The notes below the pieces were generated by a model. The model made no database searches. It worked only from the letters and a program-made list of their open reading frames with translations, and had not been told where the DNA came from. A DNA stretch of 62,693 nt, counting the filler, from Callorhinchus milii (lineage: Eukaryota): the NCBI RefSeq assembly GCF_018977255.1. It is 6 parts of 6 records of this genome, joined end to end, with 100 filler letters (N's around TTAATTAATTAA, not from the genome) between each part and the next. Parts side by side here need not be neighbours in the genome. Positions count along the whole stretch, not along the records: positions 20,405 to 30,250 come from NW_024704812.1; positions 30,351 to 58,209 come from NW_024704828.1; 4 more parts are not named here. One strand, written 5' to 3'. Position 1 is the stretch's first letter. Every line of letters begins with the position of its first letter. Both the position numbers and the translations under genes were made by a program. Below, in pieces: positions 21,095 to 33,600 of this stretch.

Positions 21095-24000
21095 CCCTGG
21101 TGTCCAATGTGAGCATCAGCCTGAGTCCAGACGGGGAGATGATGATAGAGAATAAAGACACAGTGACACTGAGATGTACAGCGATGGGATCGTTCCCCAC
21201 CTATTCCTGGGCACTGGCTGGACACCCGTTACCTGTAACCCCACGTTACACACTGTCTGCAGATAATAGCACTCTGACAATCAGCCCCGTACACAGGAGC
21301 GACAGTGGAGGGTTTATCTGCACGGCCAGTAACCTGGTGAGCAGTGACAGCAGCAAACCAGTGAAGCTGGTGATAACTTGTGAGTATATTTGCTGTGGTG
21401 TTAAAACCAGATCAACGTGAGCTGAACAGGACAGTGCAGTTGGCCCACGTGTATCCCTACTTGTTCCAGTCTGGCTCAGCTCTCTATAAGTCAGAAGGTT
21501 GTGGCCTCACCTCAGTACTTGGAACTCATGTAGTCCAGACTGAAGCTCCAATGCAATGCTGGAATATTCTACATTGGGGTTTGATGCTGTGAATAGAGAA
21601 ACAAACAGTGGGGTCCTGTAGTGGTTGGAGCCCTCACCTCGCAAGTGAGAGGACTTTGGTTTGATTCCCACCAATTGACTAATAACCGGGTTCCTAATTA
21701 CTGCTCAGTAAACAGAGGGTGTGTTTGGGAGTAGGGAAACTTGGCCGACATTTTGCTCTATCAATAATATAATAATCCTTGCATTTGATACAGCGCTTTT
21801 CACGTCTTCTGGACGACTGAAACGCTTCACAGAATATACTGTAAAGTGAATTGACTGTATATTTGTGGGTGAAACGTGGCAGACAGTTGCGCACAGCAAC
21901 GTCCCCACAAACAGCCGTAGATTGAAGTCACCAATTTATTATTGTTTTTTTTTTCTTGAGGGATTATTATCAGGCGTGTGGAGTAAGGAAAGTTGCCCAA
22001 GCATTCACCCCCTGCTGGGAATCGAACCCAAGACTCTCACTTGCTCGAAACACTGAGCTACAGGACTCCACTATTGTTATTATCATTGGAAGAGCCGTTG
22101 TTTGGATGAGACGTTAAACTATCTGTCTGTTCAGGTTAAAGATCTCATCACCATTTGAGTATCAATCGGCCACTTGACTGTAGAGGGCCCCACAGACAAA
22201 CCTAATCTCCTCACTAGACTGCAACACACACACCTGAGCCCGAGAGGGAGGTTAGGGACCAGGAGCAGGAACCCCGACTCACTTTAAACTCCTTGACCCA
22301 AAGTCAGCCTCACGTGACCTGAGCTGCAATAATAGTAATGATAATCACAATAATAATGATCATAGTCATGATCATCAGAATAATAATCATTCTTGCACTT
22401 GATATATCGCCTTATCAAGCGAGAGGACCTGGGTTTGATTCCCGGGCGGGTCAGGACGACACCTAACGCAACTTTCCTTACTCCACCCACACACCCCCAC
22501 ATTCACCCCCACACACACTATTGTTTGCCTAACAGTAAGCGGGAACCCTTGTTAGTCGATTGCCGGATCACTTTTCCAGAGGTATTAACACATCCAAAAA
22601 ACGTGCCTTACCTCGTCTCAAATCGCTTCACAGAATATATTGTAAAGTGAATTCACTGTATATTTTATGTGTGAAACGCGCAGCCAATTGCGCTCAGGAG
22701 GGACCCACAAAAGGCCAGAACAACAGCAACAACATCAACAAAATTACATTTATAGAGCGCCTTTCACGTCAGGAAAACGTTCCAAAGTGCTGAACAGTCA
22801 GGTGTCGGGGCCCGAGCATGTGGGAGGGGTGGGGGAGGGGTGAGGGAAGGCAGAGAGGTGGGAGGGAGACCAAAGCACGATAAGAGGAGGGTTTGAGACC
22901 AAGCTTGAAGGAGGCGAGGGAGGAAGCGAGGCCAAGGGACCGTGGGATGGAGTTCCAGAGTGTGGGGGCAGAGAAGCTGAAAGCCCGGCCAGCGATGGGC
23001 CGGGTAGGAGACATGGAGCAGCCGGAGCACACTGAACGGAGGACGCGGGCAGGTTGGTAGGGAGTCAGCAGGTCAGAGAGATAGGAGGGGGCAAGGCCAT
23101 GGATGGCCTTAAAGGTGAGGACAAGCATCTGGTATTCCATCCTCTGAGGGATGGGGAGCCAGTGGAGTCGGCGAGGGTGGGAGTGATGGGGTCACGGAGC
23201 CGGGTGCACGAGAGTACACGAGCTGCAGAGTTTTGGATGATCTGCAGTTTCTGAAGGGAAGAGTTGGGAAGGCCGATGAGGAGGGAGTTCACGTAATCAA
23301 ACCTTGAGGTGATGAATGCGTGGGTGAAGGCTTCGGAAGCCTGATGGCTGAGACAGTGGCGGAGTCTGGCAATATTGCGGAGGTGGCGGAGTCTGGCAAT
23401 ATTGCGGAGGTGGCGGTAGGCAGTGCTGTCATGGCGCGGATGTGGGGGAGAAAGGACAGTTCAGGGTCAAACAAGATTCCCAGGTTCCTGTGATACATGT
23501 AAAAAGGCTGTTTCTCTCACACTATCATCTGCCATCCATTTATCTATCTATGTCATAGTTTAATGCTTTTTCTTTCAGATGGCCCTGATCCACCCACAGT
23601 TGAAGTGATCGGGCTGGAGCTATGTGACAGCTTCTTCCCAGGACAGTACTGTGGGAAGGAGGGAGATTTATGACCCTCAACTGTCAGACGAAATGTTTCC
23701 CAGAGTGTAACTACACGTGGACACATAACACCGCGGTCATTGCCGGCAACACCTCACAGCTGCCTATAGAGAGCCTCACGTTCTACAACAGCGGGGATTA
23801 CACTTGCAATGTGGAGAGCGATTACACCACGATTAGCCGCACAGAGAAGGTTTCAATCCTCGTGTACAGTGAGTTAGATCTCAGTCAAAGTTGGCACTGT
23901 CTAAATAACAACACATGGCATTTACACAGTGGCTTTCACGTCAGGAGGATGTCCAAGGCGCTGGACAGTCAGGACCCACACCTGAGCTGGGGGTTGCTAT

Positions 24001-26346
24001 CAGGAGGGTTGGAGGGCAGGGAGATGGGTGTAGGAGGGTGACGAAGGCACAGTAGATCGCACAGGTTTGAAGAAGGCGAGGGAGAGGGCGAGGCGGAGCG
24101 GTTATGGGAGTTTCATAGGATGGGGCAAATTAGGGCAGAACGCCGATGATGGAGTGGGCCGGGAAGGGACATGGAGTAGGCTGGAGCCTAATGAGCGGAG
24201 GGAGTGGACAGCTTGGTCAGGGGTAGGAGGTCACAGAGGTAGGGACAGAGAGTGAGCCATGGAGGGCTTTAAAGCTGAGCACCAGGATCTTGAACTGTAT
24301 CCTCTGAGGGATGGGGAGCCAGTGGAGCCGGGCGAGGGTGGGGACAACTCAAGGTGGAGCCAATAACTGGACTGTTTGTCTTTGCCTTGTTCAAGGGACT
24401 CCCACACAGCAGATCACATGCGGAGCAGCGGATAAAGGAACAGCAGTGGGGTTGATGTGCTCCTGGGCTGGTGGGGTGCCAGACTCTGTCCTTCAGCTGA
24501 AGGTCGGACAGACGATTGTCAATGCGACAAACGAGGGGAATGTCACCATCACAAAGGATCAGCTCAGCTCCCGAGAGATCTTCACATGTGTTGGACGCCA
24601 TGTTGTCTCTGACAGTCAATGCTTATAGTCATTGGTGAGGACTTGGAGGGCCTGAACAGCCAGCGACAATAACAAATTACATTGTATAGCACTCTTCACG
24701 TCGCAAACACGTCCGGGACGCTGCACCAGTCTGGGTTTTTGGACTGAGCTGGGAGTTGGGGTCAGGAGGGGTGGAGGGCAGGGGGTGGGTTTTGGGGTGG
24801 GAGGGTGGCTGAAGGTGCGGTTGGTCGAAGAGGAAGGTCTTTAGATGGGATTTAAGATGTCTCGATAGCGTGATAAGGCGCTGTATCAAACGGGAGGATT
24901 ATTATTATTCCTATTGACTGTTGGGGTGACTGTGTTGCTGATTTGCTGAACGCCGTCTGTGCTGTTACACAGATAAACCCCAGAGAGCGTCAGGGTCTGA
25001 GCCTCAGGTGGAAGTGGAGAAGGAGGCAGATGTGACCTTAGACGTGTCACTGACAGACACAGTGCGGGTGTCAGACCCTGGCCTACTGCCCGCACACTTT
25101 ACATGGTCGAAGGAAGACAACTCCATCACTGGCTCTGACGGCAAGTTCAACATCACCTCAGGACCGACCTTCTCTAAACTGCTCATCAGTAAATTCCAGG
25201 CAACCGATCAGGGCACATATCAATGCCGTGTCACTAACGCAATGGGAGAGAACTTCTTCCAATTTGACGTGACTTTGAAAGGCGAAGGTAAGTTATGATA
25301 TGTCAGTACACACACAGACAGACACACACACACACACACAGACACACATAGAGACACATGCACACACCTCTGTTCACCAGCAGAAGGTACGAAGCCACTT
25401 GTCAGTCAATTGACGGTTCACTTTCCGGGGGTCATAATCCCTCCAAAAAAACAAAAAATCTGGTCAATCAATCCACGACTGTTTGTGGGTCACCGCTGTG
25501 TGCAATTGGCTGCCGTGTTCCGCCCACAAAATACACAGTTACTACACTTTACAACGACGTGATAAGGCACTGTATCAAATGCGAGGATTGATATGATGTT
25601 CATGAGGTCTGTGCTGTGGTCTCTATGTTACGAGAGTATAATCTAATAGAGAGACAGTGAAGGTGTTTCTCTCCGCAGTGAATGTGGCCCTGATAGTGGG
25701 GACAATAGTGGGGGCTGTGGCTGTGGTGGTCATTGCAACACTCGCTGTGGTGTACGTTTACAGGAAACGTAAGGAAGGTGAGGCCGTATATACACAGGAA
25801 AACCTTTCACCTTCATGTTCTGTTGTTTATATACCAGCCCAGACCCCCCTCAGCCACTCACCCTCTCACTGTCCTCTCTCTCTGTCAGTCTCTACCCCTC
25901 CGTCTCACTCTATCTGTCTCTATCCCCTCCGTCTCGCTCTCTTTCACTATCAGTCTCTCCCCCTTGTCTCTCTCTATCAGTCTCTCCCCCTCCGTCTCAC
26001 TCTCTCTCACTATCAGTCTCTCCCCCTTCATGTCTCTCTATCAGTCTCTTCCCTTCTGTCTCACACTCCCTCCATTAGTCTCTATCCACCTCAGTCACAA
26101 GCTCAATCAGTCTCTACCCTCTCCGTCTCACTCTTCCTCCATCAGTCTCTCCCCCTCTATCTCTCTCTCTCTCTCTATCAGTCTCTCCCACTCCATTTCA
26201 CCATCTCCTTTCTATCAGCCTCTATCCCCCCTCTCTATCACCCTCCATCTCACTCTCTATCAGTCTCTATCCATCCATCTCCACCTCTCTCTTTCAATCG
26301 CTCCCTCTTTGTCTTTCTGTCAGGCTTTAACCCTATCTCTCACTGC

Positions 26347-26390
<44 letters not shown>

Positions 26391-27806
26391 GTCCCTCCCT
26401 CTCCATTTCTCTCCAAGTTCACCGGTTCAGTACCAAACTCTTGTAGATTTTCAAGATTTTCTACGATTTCAAGATCCTCTCACTCGTTTTCAAACCCCTT
26501 CATGCCCTGGCACCTCCCTACCTCTCCGACCTGCTCACCCCCACCGCCCCACACCGGCCTCCTATTTGTCCCTCGTTCCCTCCATCCCACCATCAGAGGC
26601 TGTGCCTTTGAATAAACAAGTTGTTGTTTATTTTCCAGCCAAAACACAGCAAGAGACAGAGGGTGAACCACACTACGAGACCATTGATGTCAGAGTAAGT
26701 CCTGTGCAGTCCTGTAGCTCAGTGGTTAGAGTCCTCGCCTCTCAAGCGAGAGGATCCGGTTTCATTTCCCGGACAGGGCAAAACCTTAGGCAATTGGCTC
26801 CCCTTTGATACGACTCAAAGACGTGATAAGGCACTGTATCAAATGCAACGATTATTATTATTATGAAACCACACAGTCACTACTCCTTACCGTGTATCCT
26901 GTGAAGCGCTTTGAGATGTTATGAAGACGTGATAAGGCACTGTATGAAATGCAATGGTTATTATTATTTACTGCTAACGACATTGCTAATGAATAGCTAA
27001 ACTGTGTTTGGTTATATTTTAGGCTTCCTCTGCCAATGTCTCCCAGAAGGATTCAGGCCCTTACATGGTGAGGAAACAAATGGCTGACACGGACAGTGTG
27101 TCAGCCCGGCTCAGTCTCTTGCTGTCCCACCTCTGTCCTTTACGACCCTAAACTGTCCTTCATCCCCTCATCCGTGCCATGACCTGCTATGCCATCCCCA
27201 CCTCCGCCATATTGCCCGGCTCCGCCACTGTCTCTCACCGCAGGCCACCGAGGCCCTCATCCATGTGTTCACCACAAACAGGCTTGACTTTGCCCCCTCC
27301 CTGCTTGTCGGCCTTCCCAACGCCTCCCTCTACAAACTGCAGATCATCCAGAACTAACTCTGCAGCTCCCATACCCCTAACAACCTGTCCGCTCTCTCTG
27401 CTCAGCGGGCTCCGGCCTGCTTCACATCCCCCGCCTCACCTGCCCCACCATCGGTTGGGCCTTCAGTTACTCTGCCCCACCCTCTGGAACTCCATCCCAC
27501 AGTCCCTCCATCCCACCCCATCACTCCCTCACCTCCTTCAAGGCCTGTCACAAGACTTTCCTCCTCAACCTGGTCACCTTCCTAACGCCTAACTCGCCAC
27601 TATCCACCCCGTCCTGATCCCAACCCACAGCTCAGATCCAAATCCCTGACTGTCCAGGTCCTTGGGACGTCCTCCTGATGTGAAAGGTTCAGTGTAAAAT
27701 GTTGTTGTTAGTAATGGTCTGTCCGATCTGCATTGTGTTTCAGGACCTTGGAAAGCACCAAAAAGATATTTATCACAATTTACGTCGTAATGGCACCAGG
27801 AAGTAG
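21095..27806 (+). CDS. CEACAM/VSIG10L-like type I Ig-superfamily receptor with cytoplasmic ITAM (5' end missing)
   Basis: Phase-1 Ig exons 21095-21379, 23579-23868 (starts YGPD), 24396-24634 (CSWAGGVP...FTCVGRH) and 24973-25287. TM exon 25679-25777. Cytoplasmic exons 26639-26694, 27023-27067 and 27744-27806. Two 1-bp deletions (~23668, ~24624) break the frame. No signal-peptide or V-domain exon is seen after the 20305 gap. Confidence 0.8.
21773..22069 (-). mobile_element. tRNA-derived Deu-type SINE
   Basis: Reverse-complement head (CTGAGCTACAGGACTCC) and tail (AATAATCCTTGCATTTGATACAGCGC). Confidence 0.8.
22745..23490 (-). mobile_element. L2 LINE 3' fragment
   Basis: RNLGILFDPELSFLPHI, LQKLQIIQNSAARVL, LVLTFKAIHGLAPSYLSDLL and [15 protein letters not shown] in the ORF track. 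Confidence 0.88.
25860..26412. repeat. CT-rich low-complexity repeat (CTCTATCAGTCTCTCCC)
   Basis: Degenerate pyrimidine repeat inside an intron. Confidence 0.85.
27150..27710 (+). mobile_element. L2 LINE fragment
   Basis: LQIIQ.../PTLWNSIP motifs and a (TTG)n tail. Confidence 0.75.
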
Positions 27807-29035
27807 ATAGCTGTGACAACGTAGATCGATTTCAAGATCCTTTCAATCATCTACAAATCTCTTCAGGCTCTGGCACCTCCCTACCTCTCTCTCCGACCTG
27901 CTGACTCCCCAACCCACTACCCACTGCCTCCTCTCGGCTGCCTCCGGCCTCCTGCGTGTCCCTCGTGCCCTCTGATCCATCATGGGGGGTCGTATTGTCA
28001 GACTTTGGAGTTCTCTCCCCGATCTCCGCCTTTCCCCTTTCCTCCCCTCTCCTATCGTCCCTCTTTCTCACGACTGAAAATCTTTCTCTTTGACCATGCT
28101 CACGGTCACCTACTCCCTGTCTCTCCCTGACTCTGCGTCAGGTTCCACCACTCCGAGACGCTACCCTCGTAAAGGGCGCTGTGTAAATACAAGTGTGTTG
28201 TTGTTGTTGTGACTTATCGGCTCACTGAGAAGTTAATGTTATTTACCAGGAGTTCAGTATTCAGGGTGAAACGTGGGCAAGTTTCCTTACTCACACACAC
28301 AGACACATACGCAGACACAGACTCACACACACACACATACTCACAGAAACGCACACACAGACATACACACACAAACAGACATGCACACACAGACACACAC
28401 ACACGCGCGCGTGCCATTGTTTATCAAGCAGAAAGTAATCTCGCGTGTTAGTCAACAGCCAATTAATTGCACAGAGGTGTCCCACAAACAGTTGTGGAGT
28501 GAAGTGACCAATTTATCTTTTTTGCAAGAATTACTATTATTATACTATTATTATTAGTGAGAGACCTGAGTTCGATTCCGGCCGGGCGAGGCCTTGGCAA
28601 GTTTCCTTACTCCACACCCTGATAATAATCCCTCAAAAAAAACAATAATAAATTGGTCATTTCAATCCACGACTGTTTGTGGGACACTGCTGTGCGTAAT
28701 TGGCCTCCGCATTTCGCCCACAAATTTATGCATCAATTCACTATTCTGTGAAGCGTTGAGACGTCAGAAGATGTGAAAAGCGTATATCAAATGCAAGGAT
28801 TATTATTTTATTATTATTACCATTATTATCCCAGCCAGCTGCAGGCAAGGTACAGGAATCTGAGGCACGAGCCAGCTTTATGAGTGAGCTAATCTTACAA
28901 TGGCTTTCACTTCCACATGAAATCACTGCTTCAAACCAACTGAAACCTTTGAGCTGTACAGCGATTAACTCCAGACATTCCTAACTCACAGGTCACTGAG
29001 CTCCGGGTGGTTTACCTGTCAGGGGTTTTATCGTT

Positions 29036-29335
29036 GGAGTCCTGCAGCTCAGTGGTTACAGCACTCGCCTCACAAGCGAGAGGACCTTTGTTCGATTCCT
29101 GGGCGGGTCGGGGCATAATGTCCTTATTTCACACGCACACGCCTCTGTTTACACTGCAGTAAGTAAGAATACGGTTGTTAGTCGACTGGTGGATTACTTT
29201 TCTGGGGGTAATAATCCTTACAAAAAAATAATATATTGGCTGCTTCGATCCACGACTGTTTGTGGGACACTGCTGTGCGCAATTGTCTGCCGCGTTTCGC
29301 CCACAAATATACAGTCAATTCACTTTACAGTGTAA
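29036..29335 (+). mobile_element. tRNA-derived Deu-type SINE, 3' end interrupted by CR1
   Basis: GGAGTCCTGCAGCTCAGTGGTT head and core. Confidence 0.8.
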
Positions 29336-29344
29336 ATAGAATTA

Positions 29345-29760
29345 TGGAATCACAGAATCTTACAGCACAGGCGGAGGCCATTCAGCCCATCGTGTCTGTG
29401 CCGGTTGTTTGAAAGAGCTGCCCAATCAGTCCCACTCCTCCGCTCCTACGCCGTATCTCTGCATAGTTTTCCTTTTCAAGTCCCTGTCCAATTCCCTTTT
29501 GAAAGCTACTATGGAATCTGATTTCATGAGCCTTTCCGACAGTACGTTTCAGATCGTAATAAATCGCTGCGTAAATGTCCCCTCGTCTCCCCTCTGGTTC
29601 TTTTCCCAATTATATTAAATCTATGTTCTCCCGTTACTGACCCACACACCAGTGGAAACAGTTTCTCCCTATTTACTCTATCAAACCCCTCATCATTTTG
29701 AACACCTATATTAGATCTCCCCTACCTCCTCTTGCTCTAAGGAGAACAATCTCAGCTTCT
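29345..29760 (-). mobile_element. CR1 LINE 3' end
   Basis: ACAGCACAGGCGGAGGCCATTCAGCCCATCG is the reverse complement of the CR1 3' UTR. A homologous copy lies at 47995-48480. Confidence 0.8.
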
Positions 29761-30604
29761 CTCGTCTCTCCACATTTCTCTCTTGTTATCTTCTTCTGGT
29801 AATAAAATTCCTTTGGTTTGACCGCAATAATTCCATCTTGTGTCAGAGGTAAGGAGTGTGGTGGGGTGCACACTACCCTGACAGTCACTACACAGTCTCT
29901 GAACACACAGTCACTACACTTTACAGTAGCATATCCTGCTGAGCTCTTTGAGCCGCTTCAATTAAATGATAATTGGCTGCTGTATTTCGGCTACAAAATA
30001 CAGTCACTCCACTCTACAATGTGTTCTATGAATGAGATGTCTCGACGACGTGATAAGGCGCGATATCAAATGGAATGATTATTATATTCACGTCAGGAGG
30101 ACATCCCAAAGTGCTGGACAGTCAGAGGTTTATACCCAGGTTGGGGTTGGGATCAGGAAGGGTAGAGGACGGGGAGAGTGAGGGTAGGACAGTGACCAAA
30201 GATGTGATGGTCGACGAGGAAGGTCTTGAAACTGGCCTTGAAGGAGGCGANNNNNNNNNNNNNNNNNNNNNNNNNNNNNNNNNNNNNNNNNNNNTTAATT
30301 AATTAANNNNNNNNNNNNNNNNNNNNNNNNNNNNNNNNNNNNNNNNNNNNCAAATAACTAACTGAGCGCCTGAAATTTGAGAGTCTCTCACAATCAGCCT
30401 GGCTCCTGACGTGAAAGACGCCGCGTAAATGTCACGTGTTGTTGCACGGAATAATATAACAACGCCGACAACTACTTGCATTTACACAGCGCCCTTCAAG
30501 TGGCAGCATTTCGGAGCGCTTAACAATGGCGGAGCCTGAATAATAATTAATAATAATAATAGTTATAAGGATTATTCTTGCTCTTGTTCTTCTCTCGGCT
30601 GCAG

Positions 30605-33600
30605 GCATATATTCCTCGGATTCACAAATGTGGGCGATATGTGCTGTCCTACACCAGGGAACAGGTGTTTGATGAGTTACCGGATTACGTGTATTACCTT
30701 TACTGGTGGAAATTCAACATTCACGACAAACTGAAACAGGTGAGTAATAAGCACACAAGCGAGAGACAGCGAGAGCCAAATAGCCCATTGGCCTTTAAAT
30801 CAAAACCTAGTCTACACCCAGGGGGCTATGTATTTGTTTGTTTGTTTGTTTGTTTGATTTTTGAAGGGTCTCCTTCAAAAGGGTGGAGTCCTGTAGCTCA
30901 GGGGTGAGAGCACTCACCTTGCAAGCGAGAGACCTGGGTTCGATTCCCGGGCAGGTCAGGGTGAAACATTGGGCAAGTTTCCTTACTCCACACACACCCC
31001 CGTCTCTGGTGACCCAGCATTAAGTATGAAACCAGTTGTTAGTCGATTGGCGCATGCTTTTCCGGGATAATATTTCCCACAAAAAGAATAGTAATAATAA
31101 ATAGGTCACTCAATCCACGAGTATTTATGGGACATCGCTGTGGCTGCCCACAAAATACACAAGTCACTGCATTTGACAGTGTATCCTGTGAAGCGCTTTG
31201 GGATGGCTCGACGGTGTAATAAGGCGCTGTAGGAAATGCCAGGATTCTTGTTGTTATTATTATTATGGTTTGTGTGTTATTATGATTTGTGTGTGTTTGA
31301 TTGTAGGTGCGGCAGATCCGCTTGTTCAAGGATCAGGAAGTGTACAGCGACCTGTACCTGACTGTCTGTGAGTGGCCTAGTGACCCAACAAAGCTCATCG
31401 TCTTTGGCTTCAAGTAACTATCTGTGACCCTTTTTTACAAAGAGAAGTAACGCAACACCAACAACAACTTGCACTCACACGGGCAGTGTCTCTCGGCGCT
31501 TAACAGTGGTGGAGCCGGGGGGGGGTGGGGGGGGGGGAAGGTGCCTTCCTCTAAACACAGTAGAAGAGGAAGGTCTTCAATTGTGATCTAAAAGAGGGGA
31601 AGGAGGGGGAGAGGAGGAGGGATTGGTGGGGAGAGAGTGACGGAGACTGGGGGCGTAGTGGCTGAAAGCGCGGCTGCTGATAGGGGGTCACGAGGGACAT
31701 GCATTTGGCACCTCCCTCCCTATCTGACCTGAAGACTTGATCTGTCTTCCTCTATGACTGTGCCTCCCCACCCCTTCTCTCTCTCTCTCTCTCTCTCTCT
31801 CCCCCCCCTCTCCCTCCTCCTCTGGCTCAGTGTCAGCCTCCGCCACTGTTCGAGACTATACCCCAAGCGAAGGGCCGCTGTGCAAAAGCAAGTTGCTGTT
31901 GTTAATTCGGACGCCTTGTGGCGTCCAAACTGAGAACTATTATTGTCAATCGTCGTCGATAACAAGAAGGAATTCTTTATCTGAGAATCAAGAAGACACA
32001 AAGGCGTTATTGTTTTTTTAAAGAATTTTCCATAATTTAGTCTTCAGAGTAGGAATTTGTGGGGGCGGCCGGGGAGGGGGTGTTGTGAGGTGGGGGGGAA
32101 TAAGGTTGTGGGGTCTGGTTTGCGGGGAACGGTGAGGTTGTGGGGTCTGGTTGGCCGGGGTGGGTGAGGTTGGTGGGGTTTGACGACCAGGGGTCTCGTT
32201 TGGCGGACATTTCCCTCTCGAGATGAAATAAATCCCGACGTGAAAGCCTTGTGTTTATATCTCAGTATCCGCTCCGTCTATGACCTGCTGATCAACATGG
32301 TGATGAGCGACGAAAACGACCGAGATATTTACATTACAGCTGTGGCTGCTCCTCCCTTCACCCAGTGCCCGGACTGCCGTGACACAGCCCTGCTCACCAC
32401 AGGTCAGACTAACCCCTCCCTCCCTCCCTCCCTCCCCTCCCTCCTCCCTCCTCGCTCAATCACCAACAATAATACTAATACTAATAATCCTCGCCTTTGA
32501 CACAGCGCCTGATCACGTCTTCTAGGCATTTCAAAGCGCTTCACAGGATACACTGTGAAGTGTAGTGACTTTTTTTTTCGTCAAAACGCGGCAGCCAATT
32601 GCGCCCAGCGACGTCCCCACAAACAGCCGTGGGTTGAGTGACCACGTCATTATTATTATTTTTATTTATTTATTTTGGAAGAGACGATTACCCCCAGAAA
32701 AGCGATCCACCAATCGACGAACAACCGGATTCCTGCTTACTGCCCACAGAGGCACGTGTGTGGTTGTGTGTGTGGTGTGTGGTGGTGTGGTGTGTGGAGT
32801 AAGGAAACTTGCCTAAGGTTTCACCCCGAATTGAACCCAGGTCCTACACTTAAGGCGCGGTGTCAAATACAAGGATCAAAGGTTGCGCTTGTTTTTTTGT
32901 TCGGTGAATGTTGCCGCCTTCGGTTCTCATCCTCTCCTGAAGCCGCTTCGACAGGCCCCGGGTCGACTGCAGAAAGGGGCTGGACAGACGTAAGTAAGTG
33001 GCTGTTGTGCTTGTTTGACAGACGACCCGAACACTTGTTGCCTTCAGCACGGCTTCATGCTTCACACCAAGTTCCAAGTGGTCTACCCGTTCCCCACCTT
33101 CCAGCCCGCCTTCCAGCTCAAGAAAGATGGCGTTGTTTTACTGAACACCAGCTACTCACTCGTTGCGTGCGCCATATCTGTCAACACAACAGGTGAAGCC
33201 CTCGGCCATTTCCCAGTGTGATTATTTTAGTAACTTAATAATAATAATAATAATAATGATCCTCAGCTTCGACTCAGTGCCTTATCCAGTTGTCGAGACG
33301 TCTCAAAGCCATTCGCAGGATACACTGTAAAGTGGAGTGACCGTGTGTTTTGTGGGCAGCCGGGTTTCCACCCCCCACAAAATCACACGGTCGCTACGCC
33401 TCACAATAAAATCCTGCGAATGGCTTCGAGGCGTCTGGCTGGTGTGAAAGGCGCTGGATCGAACGCAATAATAATCATCATCATCATCATAATAAAATAA
33501 CGATCCTCGCATTTGACCCGGCGCCTTGTCCCGTCGTCGAGACGTCTCAAAGCGCTCACGGGACACACCGTAAAGTGGAGTGACTGTGTGTTTGGGATAG

